DNA of 64,000 bases. Origin: Desulfobacterales bacterium. Lineage in GTDB: Bacteria; Desulfobacterota; Desulfobacteria; Desulfobacterales; JALSRD01. Shown piece by piece: positions 1 to 8,685 of this stretch. The translations under genes and the position numbers were made by a program. The notes beneath the pieces were generated by a model that was not told where the DNA came from, did not search any database, and saw only the letters and a list, made by a program, of their open reading frames with translations. The number at the start of each line of letters is the position of its first letter. Position 1 is the stretch's first letter. The stretch is from assembly GCA_026984935.1 (NCBI GenBank), contig JALSRD010000027.1:7161-71160 (forward strand), given 5' to 3'.

Positions 1-1579
1 CCAGGGTCGGCACGCCGAACTCGCGTGCCACCGATGCGAAATGGCCGGCCGTGCCGCCGGTGTCGGTGATAACGGCGCTGGCTCTGTCCAGAAAGGCTAC
101 ATACCGGGGCAGGGCATTTTTGGCCACCAGCACCGACCCCGCCGGCGGGTTATGGGCGGATCCCTGGTGCATGCGGTAGACGCGGCCGGCACCCACACCG
201 GCCGCGGCCGGTTCACCGCCGCTGAGCAGCACCGGATGGTCGACTGCCGGAAAATTACAGGTGCCCGGCCCGGCGGCCGCGTCCGGCTCCCGGCGCAGCG
301 GTCGCGATTGGAGCAGGTAAAGTCTGTGCCGGCGGTCAAGGCACCATTCCACATCCTGGGGCTCACCGTAATAATCTTCCAGCTGCATGCCCCAGCGGGC
401 CAGTTGGAGCGCGATGTCATCGTCGATGGAAGCCCGGTGGGATTTTTTCGCCGGGACGGCGGCCGTGCGCACTTCACCCGTGCCTTCAGCCTGCATGCAG
501 ATCGTTTTTTCAGCGGCCGTTTTGGCAACAATGGCAGGCGGATCGGTTTTTGACACCCGGATGACATCCGGTGCGATCCTGCCGCCGACCAGCAGCTCCC
601 CCAGCCCCCAAATGGCGTGAATCGACTGATGCTGTGCCTGGCCGTCTTCCTGATCCAGGGTGTACAGGATGCCGCTGGACAGGGCGTCGACCATTTCGAT
701 GGCCAGCACCGCCATGGGGGTTTCAAAATCGGAAAGGCCGTAGCTGACGCGGTAGAAAATCGAACTGGCCGTGTACTTGCTGGCCACGACCTGTTTGTAT
801 GCCGTCATAAGGTCCCGGCGCCCCACATTCAGCAGCGTGCGGTACTGGCCGGCAAAGGAAGACCGGCCGTCTTCACCGACTGCGCTGCTGCGTACAGCCA
901 ACCGTACCGGCTTGCTATCCGGCCAGCAGGCCGCAAAAGCGGTTTCGATCTCGTCTTCGATGGCGGCGGGGACTTCGGCTTCTAAAATGAGGGTGGAGAG
1001 TTCAGTTGAAACGCCATGGAGGGAATCGTTTTGATAAATATCAAGGTCTGCCAGCCGTTTTTCAATGGCCTCCCGGATGCCGTTGGCCTCCAGAAAATAA
1101 GAAAAGGCGTTGGTGGTAATTACGAAGCCGCGGGGCACCGGCAACTTGAGATCGCTTTTAATGCGCGACAGGTTGAACGCCTTGCCGCCGGCAAGCTGCC
1201 GGCCGTCAACCGGAATATTTTCCAGCCGGAGCGCAAAGGGCGGTGAAAAGTCCACTTGCGGCGGAGCCAACATGAAGCGGATGTAAAAGTCGAATTTTTT
1301 GAAATAATCCCGCAAACTCAGATAGCGCACCGGCGAGATCCGGATCAGGTTTTCCACAATCTGCGCGACGCATGCCGACAGCGTTTCGTATTTTGCCACG
1401 AGCACCTGCATGTCAACACGCAGTTGGCCGTAGTGAATTTGCTCCAGTTCGGCCATGATCTCATGGGCGCGCTTGTCGCTGGCCAGCAGTGTTTTGAAGG
1501 CTTCATATTTCGTACGCAGCACCGTTCCGGGTGAAAAAACCTGGTAGGCCCAATGCGTGAAAAGGTTTTTCAGGTACAT
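1..1579 (-). CDS. PEP/pyruvate-binding plus PEP-utilising swivel-domain enzyme (pyruvate,water dikinase-like); partial, 3' end runs off the window
   Basis: Absent from the ORF track because there is no stop in the window. Minus-strand reading from ATG at 1579 gives MYLKNLFTHWAYQ. Internal AVRSSAVGEDGRSSFAGQYRTLLNV matches the PEP synthase/PPDK N-domain signature. VITDTGGTAGHFASVAREFGVPTL (phospho-His swivel domain) lies at the window edge in the same frame. Confidence 0.85.
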   Translation of the reverse strand, partial: MYLKNLFTHWAYQVFSPGTVLRTKYEAFKTLLASDKRAHEIMAELEQIHYGQLRVDMQVLVAKYETLSACVAQIVENLIRISPVRYLSLRDYFKKFDFYIRFMLAPPQVDFSPPFALRLENIPVDGRQLAGGKAFNLSRIKSDLKLPVPRGFVITTNAFSYFLEANGIREAIEKRLADLDIYQNDSLHGVSTELSTLILEAEVPAAIEDEIETAFAACWPDSKPVRLAVRSSAVGEDGRSSFAGQYRTLLNVGRRDLMTAYKQVVASKYTASSIFYRVSYGLSDFETPMAVLAIEMVDALSSGILYTLDQEDGQAQHQSIHAIWGLGELLVGGRIAPDVIRVSKTDPPAIVAKTAAEKTICMQAEGTGEVRTAAVPAKKSHRASIDDDIALQLARWGMQLEDYYGEPQDVEWCLDRRHRLYLLQSRPLRREPDAAAGPGTCNFPAVDHPVLLSGGEPAAAGVGAGRVYRMHQGSAHNPPAGSVLVAKNALPRYVAFLDRASAVITDTGGTAGHFASVAREFGVPTL

Positions 1580-1864
1580 GGCTCTGATTCCTCTGGCGCG
1601 GAAAATCCCGGTCGACGGCCGGCTGCTCCAGCTGAAATGTAACAGCTCAGAGGTTAAAAGGCAACAGGCACGGGGCACGGCCGGACGTAGGGCGCAATAA
1701 TAAAATTGCGCTGAAGCAAAAATCATGCATACTCGCCGGCGCTTTTAACCGTTGGCCGGAATGTGGCGGCGGAAAATGTACTGAAGATGTGAGATGTACC
1801 TTTAAATCCGGCCAGATATGTATGCCCCCGGATGTTTTACACACCGCTTCCTTCCCGTTGAATC

Positions 1865-1880
1865 TGGCACTGAACTTGCT
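1865..1880 (+). promoter_or_regulatory. sigma-54 (-24/-12) promoter
   Basis: TGGCAC-tgaac-TTGCT is an exact match to the TGGCAC-N5-TTGCW layout (GG-N10-GC). It lies 38 nt upstream of the ATG at 1918, inside the N-terminal extension of the 1789 ORF. Confidence 0.6.
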
Positions 1881-1917
1881 TCAGAAACATACAGACGTTT
1901 TCAGAGGTACTGCCGCC

Positions 1918-3609
1918 ATGACACCTACAAAGAGCACCCCAAAGCTGCGCAAGCGTGATTATCTGCGACTGTTTCAGCAGGTGACCGGTATGATCACCTC
2001 CACGCTGAACGTGGATAAGGTCCTGGAGCGGATTGTCCGCAAAGTGTCCCAGGTGGTGGGTGTTGACGCCGCCACCATCCGGCTGCTGGACGCCGGCGGG
2101 ACAAAACTGCGCCTGCTGGCGGCGCACGGGCTCAGCGACGCTTATCTCAACCGTGGTCCTGTAGACACCGAAGCCTGCGTCACAGCGGCACTGGCCGGCA
2201 AGCCGGTGACCATCCTGGATGCTGCCGGCGATTCCCGCATCCGCTATACGGCTGCCGCCCGCAGAGAGGGGATTAAAAGCATGCTGGTGGTGCCCATTCC
2301 CATCCGCGGCAGAATCAACGGCCTTCTGCGGCTACTGACAAAGGACGAACGGCGTTTCGCCAACGACGAAATCGAATTTGTCAGTGCCCTCGCCGAGCAA
2401 TGCGGCATCGCCATCGAAAATGCCCGTACATACGAAGTGCTGCAACGTCAGCTGGAGTATTTCAGCACTCTGAACGATATCGGCAAAACCCTGAATTCCA
2501 GCCGGGATCTTCGCAAGGTGCTGGATTTTATCGTTGCCCGGCTGCCTGAAGTCATGGCCCTGAAAGGATGCACCATCCGGCTGCTGGACCCGGCCCGGGG
2601 GCATCTCGAGCTCATGGCCGCCTCGGGTTTAAGTGCCCGCTACCTGGCACGCGGTTCCATCGACGATGAACTGGGAACCCATCGGGCCCTGACCGGTGAA
2701 CCGGTGGTGATTTTCGACGCCACCCGAGACGCGCGTATCCAGTATCGCGATGAGGCGGCCAAAGAGGGCGTATCCAGCATCCTGGCGGTGCCCATTGTTG
2801 TCAAAAAACGTATCATCGGGGTGTTGCGCCTGCTCACGGCCGCACCCCGCCGTTTCAGTGATGCCGATATCAGCTTTGCCATGGCAGTCGCCGAACAGGG
2901 CGGCATCGCCATCCAGAACGCCATCAGCTACAACCAGATTTCCGATCTTGTCACCGAGCTCGAGCAGCAGGAGGAATTCCTGCAACAGGTGATCGACAAC
3001 CTCAACGCCGACTTGTTTGTGCTGGACAATGACTTCCGGATCGTCATGGTCAATCGCGTTTTCCTTGAGAATCACGGCCGGAAAATGTCCGAGGTTATCG
3101 GAAAACCCTGCCATCGCGTGCTGCGGGTGGGCCGTCAAGACGAATTCCCGGTTAAAAGGGTAATCGAGGAGCACAGGCGGATCATCTACACCCAGCAGAT
3201 CGAAAAAAGCGACCACCAGGTGCACCTGGAAGTCATGGCCTCACCGGTGTCGATTTATAAAAAAGGCAAAACAGACTTTATCGTGGCCACCATTCGCGAT
3301 ATCAGCGATCATGTGCGGCTGCAGGAGGAGCAGCGGGCCAGGGAGCGCCTGCAGGGGGTTCTGGAGATGGCCGGTGCCGTGGCCCATGAACTCAACTCAC
3401 CGCTGTTCTCGGCGCTGGGAGAAGCACAGCTGATGCTCGCCGACCTGGACTCAGGTCATGCGCTGTACGGGGAGCTCAAATCCATTGAGCGCAACCTGAA
3501 GATCGTGTCCGAGCTGATCCGCAAGATGGGCGGCATCACCCGCTATGCCTCCAAGCCCTATGTCGGCGACGCCAGTATCGTTGATATCCGCAAGGCCAGC
3601 GCAAAATGA
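1918..3609 (+). CDS. GAF-GAF-PAS sensor protein with HisKA/DHp H-box but no HATPase_c domain
   Basis: ORF 1789..3609, start moved to ATG 1918 (MTPTKSTPKL) because the sigma-54 promoter lies upstream of it. Two GAF-like repeats are present (VGVDAATIRLLD...LLRLLTKDERRFANDEIEF and LKGCTIRLLDP...VLRLLTAAPRRFSDADISF), then a PAS-like segment and the H-box AVAHELNSPL. The protein ends about 75 aa later with no N/G1/G2 boxes. Confidence 0.85.
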   Translation: MTPTKSTPKLRKRDYLRLFQQVTGMITSTLNVDKVLERIVRKVSQVVGVDAATIRLLDAGGTKLRLLAAHGLSDAYLNRGPVDTEACVTAALAGKPVTILDAAGDSRIRYTAAARREGIKSMLVVPIPIRGRINGLLRLLTKDERRFANDEIEFVSALAEQCGIAIENARTYEVLQRQLEYFSTLNDIGKTLNSSRDLRKVLDFIVARLPEVMALKGCTIRLLDPARGHLELMAASGLSARYLARGSIDDELGTHRALTGEPVVIFDATRDARIQYRDEAAKEGVSSILAVPIVVKKRIIGVLRLLTAAPRRFSDADISFAMAVAEQGGIAIQNAISYNQISDLVTELEQQEEFLQQVIDNLNADLFVLDNDFRIVMVNRVFLENHGRKMSEVIGKPCHRVLRVGRQDEFPVKRVIEEHRRIIYTQQIEKSDHQVHLEVMASPVSIYKKGKTDFIVATIRDISDHVRLQEEQRARERLQGVLEMAGAVAHELNSPLFSALGEAQLMLADLDSGHALYGELKSIERNLKIVSELIRKMGGITRYASKPYVGDASIVDIRKASAK

Positions 3610-3681
3610 TCTTGCCCGCAGTCCTGGCCACCGGGCGGCTGAAGGCGCTCCGTCCGGCAGCCTGAAACCCGATCTCTTTGC

Positions 3682-3710
3682 TTGACGCCCCAGAACGTCC
3701 GGATTATACG
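3682..3710 (+). promoter_or_regulatory. possible sigma-70-type promoter
   Basis: TTGACG-N17-TATACG, about 60 nt upstream of the DUF748 start. Confidence 0.3.
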
Positions 3711-3771
3711 TTCAAAAGTATTATCATAGAAAAAAATTGCAGGTACCCGGGTGAGTCGAGGGGGGCGGGAG

Positions 3772-6700
3772 ATGGCAAACCTGATGCTGCGCATGCGACG
3801 CATGGGACGTACGGCCAGGATAGCACTGGCCCTGGTGGTGATTTTGGGCCTCTACACGCTGGTCGGCTTTCTGGTGTTGCCGCCCATCGTAAAGACGACT
3901 GTGGAGAAAAGATGGACCCGTTTTTTCCACCGTCAGACCCGTATTGCAGCTGTCGAAATCAATCCCTACGCCCTGACGATAACGGTCCACGACCTGCATG
4001 TCAAAGACCGCGATGGGGCTCACGACCTTTTTTCCTTCGAGCGGCTGTTTCTCAATTTTGACGGCGTTTCGATTGTCAAGATGGCGCCCATGGCCAGCAC
4101 CTTCCGGCTGGAGCGGCCGTTTGTCAGAATCGTGCGCCGCGGGCCCGGGAAGTATAATTTTTCAGATCTCCTCACCCCTCCGGCACCGGCCGGCCGGGGA
4201 ACGCAAAAAAAGGATTCGGACCTTTTCCGGTTTTCGCTGGCCAGGATCGAACTTGTCGGCGGCCGGGTGGATATCGACGACCAGCTGCGCAACAGGCGTC
4301 ACGAAATCCGGAAACTGAATTTCAGCCTGCCGCTGCTTTCGGACATCGGTGAAGATGTCAACCGCTTCAGCGAGCCGTATTTGTCGGCCCTGATCAACGG
4401 CAAGCCTTTCGTGCTCAACGGCAAGACCAAACCTTTTGCCGATTCCCTGGAAACGGAATTCAAGTTCCACGTGAAAGCCATTGATCTGCCCCGCTACATG
4501 GCCTATCTGCCGCTCAAGCGCAACTTCAGGGTCGTTCGCGGCGTGATGGATATCGATGCCGGATTGTCCTTTGTGCAAAGTGCCTCCCGCAAGGCGCAGC
4601 TCACGGTGCAGGGCCGCCTGGAGTGCCGGGATCTGAAAGTCGTCGATACCCACGAGCGGCCACTGCTGGATCTGGCGCGGATTGCCGTACAGCTGGCGCC
4701 TTCGCGCCTGCTGGGCGCCGATGTGCATGTGGCCCGCATCGACCTGCAGGCGCCCCATGTGCGCTTTACGCGCAACCGGGCAGGGGCACTGAACGTCGCC
4801 ACACTTTTTCCGGTCCAAGCGGCGGCGCCAGCGGCTGCTGAATCCAAAGCATCCTATCCTCTCGTGCTGCGTATCGATGCGCTGCACGTGAAAGAGGGAC
4901 GGTTTGCCTTCACCGATTTCTACCAGGTCATAGAGGGTGGTGACCCTTTGCAAAGCGAATTTATGAACCTGCCGGACCTGGTGCTAAGCGGGATTGTTCT
5001 CGATACGGCGGGGAAAAAAGTCGAACTGCAGTCCCTGGCGGGCCAAAAAGGCGCCATCCATATTGAGCGCCTGCCGGACGGTGAACTCAGCACGGCAATG
5101 CTGAGTGGCGCTAAACATTCCGCCACACCCGGGGAGCCATCCACCGATACGACGTCGGCCTGGCAGGCCGACGTCGGCCGGGTGCATCTGGAGAACTTCA
5201 GCATCAAGGCCGAGCATCTGGCACCGTCCGGCGGTGATTTTCTAATAGAAGGCCTGTCGCTGGCCAGTGGCCGGATTTCCACCCGGCCCGGAGTGCGCAG
5301 CGACATTGCGTTGAAGGCGCTGGTAAACCACAGCGGCCGGATTCAGCTTCAGGGACAGGGGGGGGTAAACCCGCTTGCGGCGGAGCTGGATGCAACCCTG
5401 GAGGGGATCAAGCTGTGGTGGCTCCAGCCCTTTTTCGATGGGCATGTGGGCCTGGCGGTGACCGGTGGCGGACTTTCGGCTGCCGGGCAGCTGGGGCTGT
5501 CTGCCAAAGGCGTCACCTTTCGCGGTCACAGCAGCATAACCGACTTTGCCTCCATCGACAAAGCCTACGGTGAAGATCTGGTAAAATGGCAGCGGCTGGC
5601 CGCAGACGGGATCGATGCCGGTAGTGCACCGGCGCACGTACGCATTGCGCAGATCCGTGTCGAAAAACTCCGGGGCCGGGTTATTGTGGGCCCCCAGGGA
5701 AAGCTCAACTTGCAGCAGGTTCTGAAACCGCCGGCGTCCGGCGCCGCAAACGCACCCCGTGCGCGGAAGAACCAGCTGGCGGGTCCGACGGTTTCCCCCG
5801 GAGTCCGGCCGAAAGCGGAGCAAGCGCCGCCGTTTGTGATCGGCAAGGTCGTTTTCAGCGACAGCCGCATCGATTTCACCGATCGCTCCATTTCGCCGCG
5901 CTACAGGGCCAACCTGAAAGCGATCAACGGGCAGATAGACGGGCTTTCTTTTGAAAAAGGCAAGCGCGCCCGGGTTATGCTGAAGGCCCGCTTAAACGGC
6001 TACGCACTCCTGGAGATCAAGGGCCGCATGCATCCCTTTGCCGATGCGCGCTTCATGGATATGCGGGTTCGGCTGGCCAACGTGGATTTAAGCCCCTTGA
6101 CACCCTACGCCGGACGGTATCTGGGCTACAAGGTCCGCAGCGGCAAGCTGTCGCTGGACCTCAACTACCTGATCGAACGCCAGAAGCTGACGGCCCGCAA
6201 CGATGCCGCCATCGACCGCCTGGAATTCGGCCAGAGTGTAAAGAGTCCGGATGCCCTGCACGTGCCGTTGAAACTGGCCGTGGCGCTGTTGAAAGACCGC
6301 CAAGGCAAAATCAGTCTGCATGTGCCGGTGAGCGGGCGTCTGGATGATCCCGATTTCAGCCTCGGTGGAACCATCGTCCAGATTATCGTCAACCTTTTTG
6401 TCAAAGCCGCCACATCGCCTTTTTCCCTGGTAAGTGCCGTATTCGGCGGCGGCCAGGATCTGCGGTTCGTCGAATTTGCGCCGGGCAGCGCCGAACTTTC
6501 CGCCGCTGCGCAAGGCAAACTGGACAAGCTGGAGACGGCACTTTACGAACGTCCGGGCCTCAAACTCGAAATCAGCGGGTTTTCCGATGCCCAAAGGGAT
6601 ACCCAGGCACTGGCTGTCCGGCAGTTCGACCGCCTTTTAAAAGTCCAGAAACTGCACCAGATGATGAAGAAGGGAACTGAAAAGCTTTCATTGGACGCTG

Positions 6701-7020
6701 TTCGCATCGACGCCGAGGAGTACCCGCGTTATCTGAAAAAAGCCTACCATGCGGCAAAGTTCAAAAAGCCCAGAAATTTCCTGGGGATCGAAAAAGACAT
6801 CCCCGTGCCGCAAATGGAAGAATTACTCCGCAAAAATATTCGTATCTCCCCGGACGATCTGCGCACGCTGGCCGATCAGCGCACCCAGGCCGTTAAAGCC
6901 TACCTCCTCGCCCGCAGCCGCATCGATCCCGCCCGGATCTTTGTGGCCGGCGCCGCCGGTTCCGCGACCCAAGCGCCGGAAGGAGTGGCCGCAAGCCGTG
7001 TGCAGCTGGGCCTGAAGTGA
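3772..7020 (+). CDS. DUF748 domain-containing large envelope protein (AsmA-like architecture)
   Basis: ORF 3751..7020; ATG 3772 (MANLMLRMRR) or GTG 3751 are both possible starts. It has an N-terminal TM anchor (IALALVVILGLYTLVGFLVLPP) followed by IAAVEINPYALTITVHDLHVKDRDG, typical of DUF748 proteins. The length is about 1080 aa. The C-terminal part has an OmpA_C-like pattern (FVEFAPGSAELSAAAQGKLDKLETAL...LEISGFSD). Confidence 0.8.
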   Translation: MANLMLRMRRMGRTARIALALVVILGLYTLVGFLVLPPIVKTTVEKRWTRFFHRQTRIAAVEINPYALTITVHDLHVKDRDGAHDLFSFERLFLNFDGVSIVKMAPMASTFRLERPFVRIVRRGPGKYNFSDLLTPPAPAGRGTQKKDSDLFRFSLARIELVGGRVDIDDQLRNRRHEIRKLNFSLPLLSDIGEDVNRFSEPYLSALINGKPFVLNGKTKPFADSLETEFKFHVKAIDLPRYMAYLPLKRNFRVVRGVMDIDAGLSFVQSASRKAQLTVQGRLECRDLKVVDTHERPLLDLARIAVQLAPSRLLGADVHVARIDLQAPHVRFTRNRAGALNVATLFPVQAAAPAAAESKASYPLVLRIDALHVKEGRFAFTDFYQVIEGGDPLQSEFMNLPDLVLSGIVLDTAGKKVELQSLAGQKGAIHIERLPDGELSTAMLSGAKHSATPGEPSTDTTSAWQADVGRVHLENFSIKAEHLAPSGGDFLIEGLSLASGRISTRPGVRSDIALKALVNHSGRIQLQGQGGVNPLAAELDATLEGIKLWWLQPFFDGHVGLAVTGGGLSAAGQLGLSAKGVTFRGHSSITDFASIDKAYGEDLVKWQRLAADGIDAGSAPAHVRIAQIRVEKLRGRVIVGPQGKLNLQQVLKPPASGAANAPRARKNQLAGPTVSPGVRPKAEQAPPFVIGKVVFSDSRIDFTDRSISPRYRANLKAINGQIDGLSFEKGKRARVMLKARLNGYALLEIKGRMHPFADARFMDMRVRLANVDLSPLTPYAGRYLGYKVRSGKLSLDLNYLIERQKLTARNDAAIDRLEFGQSVKSPDALHVPLKLAVALLKDRQGKISLHVPVSGRLDDPDFSLGGTIVQIIVNLFVKAATSPFSLVSAVFGGGQDLRFVEFAPGSAELSAAAQGKLDKLETALYERPGLKLEISGFSDAQRDTQALAVRQFDRLLKVQKLHQMMKKGTEKLSLDAVRIDAEEYPRYLKKAYHAAKFKKPRNFLGIEKDIPVPQMEELLRKNIRISPDDLRTLADQRTQAVKAYLLARSRIDPARIFVAGAAGSATQAPEGVAASRVQLGLK

Positions 7021-7024
7021 TACC

Positions 7025-7510
7025 ATGCCCACCCGTGCCGTGCAATTCCTCGAGCGCCGTGGCATAGCCTTTGAAATCGTCCGTTACCGCCACACACAGA
7101 AAGGCGCCGCGTTGGCCGCCCGGGCCACCGGTTTCGCACTGGAAAAGGTCGTCAAGACGCTGGTGGTTGACGCCGGACAGGGCCGCCATGCCCTGGCATT
7201 GATCCCCGGAAACCGACGGCTGGACGCGAAACGGCTGGCATCCGCGCTGGCAGTCAAGCAGGTGCGCCTGGCCGGCGTACACGCGGCACAGCGTGCGAGT
7301 GGCTATGTGGTGGGCGGTATCAGTCCCTTTGGCACGGCGCATCAAATGGAGGCCGTCATGGAGGCACAGCTGCTGTCCGCCGGCGAGGTGCTGATCAATG
7401 CCGGCCGGCGCGGCATCATGTTGAAAATGGCGCCGACCGATATTGCAGCGGTACTGCAATGCCGGGTGCTGGCCATCGTCCGGCCCGGCCGCGGGATGGC
7501 ACCTCGATAA
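7025..7510 (+). CDS. ybaK: YbaK/EbsC-type Cys-tRNA(Pro) deacylase
   Basis: 161 aa. The N-terminus (TRAVQFLERRGIAFEIVRY) and YVVGGISPFG match the YbaK/aminoacyl-tRNA editing domain. The gene starts 4 nt after the DUF748 stop. Confidence 0.85.
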   Translation: MPTRAVQFLERRGIAFEIVRYRHTQKGAALAARATGFALEKVVKTLVVDAGQGRHALALIPGNRRLDAKRLASALAVKQVRLAGVHAAQRASGYVVGGISPFGTAHQMEAVMEAQLLSAGEVLINAGRRGIMLKMAPTDIAAVLQCRVLAIVRPGRGMAPR

Positions 7511-7569
7511 GCTCCGGCGACTTTGCGCCGATCCCGTCATTGGCGGCACTTCACGCCTGTGTGTATCCT

Positions 7570-7720
7570 TCGGCGCCTCACCCGCCACGTGCGGGACTGA
7601 ATTTCAAAAACGTTGTCGCTGCGCTCCTCAAACAGCCTGATCCCGTTAACGGCGGGATTAACACCGGCCGGCCGCATCGCCTTTGCACGCGGATGCACCC
7701 TGTCGCTTCACCGAAACACG
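7570..7720 (+). repeat. dispersed bipartite repeat, copy A
   Basis: Module 1 (7598-7641, ctgaatttcaaaaacgttgtcgctgcgctcctcaaacagcctga) matches the reverse complement of 42321-42364 at 41/44 positions. Module 2 (7673-7717, ...cggatgcaccctgtcgcttcaccgaaa) matches the reverse complement of 42257-42301 at 35/45 positions. Both are hand alignments. Confidence 0.8.
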
Positions 7721-7774
7721 CAAGCCCCTCCTTTGGCAACCCCCTGGGTTTTTAGAGATGATGCGCGGGCTGGA

Positions 7775-8536
7775 CTAGAGCGTCTCGAGATAGGCGATCA
7801 GCGATGCCACCTGCTGTTCGTCGAAGTTGGTAAAGGCCGGCATGTCTTTGTAAGGCGATTTCAGTTGCCGGCGGATGTTTTCATCGCTGACGGTTCTGCC
7901 GCTGACCGGCAGCCTGCCCAGGCGGTAGAGGCCCTTTAATCCCGGCCCGATTTTGGTTTCGGTGCCGTGGGCGGCATGGCACATGGCGCATCTTTCCTCA
8001 AACAGGGCGGCTCCCTGGCTGACCGTGTCCCTGGCTTCATTTGCCGCCGTGGCGGCACGGCCCCGTCCCTCTGCGGTCGGTGCCTTGGTGATGCCGGCGC
8101 CTGCGGCTTTTCCACCGTAAACCAGTTCGCCGCCAAAATACCCGATGCCGGCGGCCACGACCAGACTCAACGCCAAAATGGCCAGGTTCTTTGCCGATGT
8201 GCCCTTTTCGCCGCGTCCGGAAAAGGCCGAGAGCAAGAGCAGGACGAAGAGTACGGCCGCCAGGATGAATTTCATTTTAATGGCCAACAGCGAAGCGCCC
8301 CCCAGGCGCTGCTGCCAGTCTACATAGCCCAGCAGGGCGGTGGGCGGCAGGGCCACCAATGCCAAGAACAGGCAATGCCGGGAGGAGTTGGCGAAAGTGC
8401 CTTTTTTAAAAACGACCGCCAGCAGCGCAAACAGGAAAGCGCCGATGACCATGCCCAGTGGGAGGTGTACCAGGACGGGGTGAATGGGATGGCGGTAACC
8501 GATGGATGCCAGGAAACGGGTGATATTTTCTGTCAT
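7775..8536 (-). CDS. DUF2231 membrane domain fused to a C-terminal class I c-type cytochrome domain
   Basis: N-terminal HPIHPVLVHLPLGMVIGAF plus further TM helices match DUF2231. The C-terminus has CAMCH heme-binding site plus a downstream DMPAF methionine-ligand region. Confidence 0.85.
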   Translation of the reverse strand: MTENITRFLASIGYRHPIHPVLVHLPLGMVIGAFLFALLAVVFKKGTFANSSRHCLFLALVALPPTALLGYVDWQQRLGGASLLAIKMKFILAAVLFVLLLLSAFSGRGEKGTSAKNLAILALSLVVAAGIGYFGGELVYGGKAAGAGITKAPTAEGRGRAATAANEARDTVSQGAALFEERCAMCHAAHGTETKIGPGLKGLYRLGRLPVSGRTVSDENIRRQLKSPYKDMPAFTNFDEQQVASLIAYLETL

Positions 8537-8685
8537 ACGCAGGCCTCTGTGGATGGAGTCGTGAAGGCTGACGGCGGGATACCGGGCAACGGATCCCCGC
8601 AGCTGTCAGTTGTTGTCAGGATATCTCAGCAGCTTGCAGGTCGGCGGGAAAAGTCCCGTCGATCCGGCCACTGTCGGTAAGGATC

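Noticed and set aside
97-985. Track ORFs 41-553(+), 97-726(-), 387-620(+) and 617-985(+) at the left edge
   Set aside because: All are out of frame with, or opposite to, the minus-strand PEP-synthase-like gene. That gene's frame shows the RSSAxGED...SFAGQ and swivel-domain motifs and stays open to the window edge.
1789-1917. N-terminal extensions offered by the ORF track (1789 for the GAF sensor; likewise 9503 fadL, 10994 DUF2065, 26780 AI-2E, 28981 MFP, 47168 dsrP, 48200 dsrJ, 51568 RsbRD_N, 55682 DUF3783, 60786 hsp20)
   Set aside because: The downstream starts have SD sequences, signal peptides or lipoboxes in the right place. Some would otherwise overlap the preceding gene or contain the gene's own promoter.
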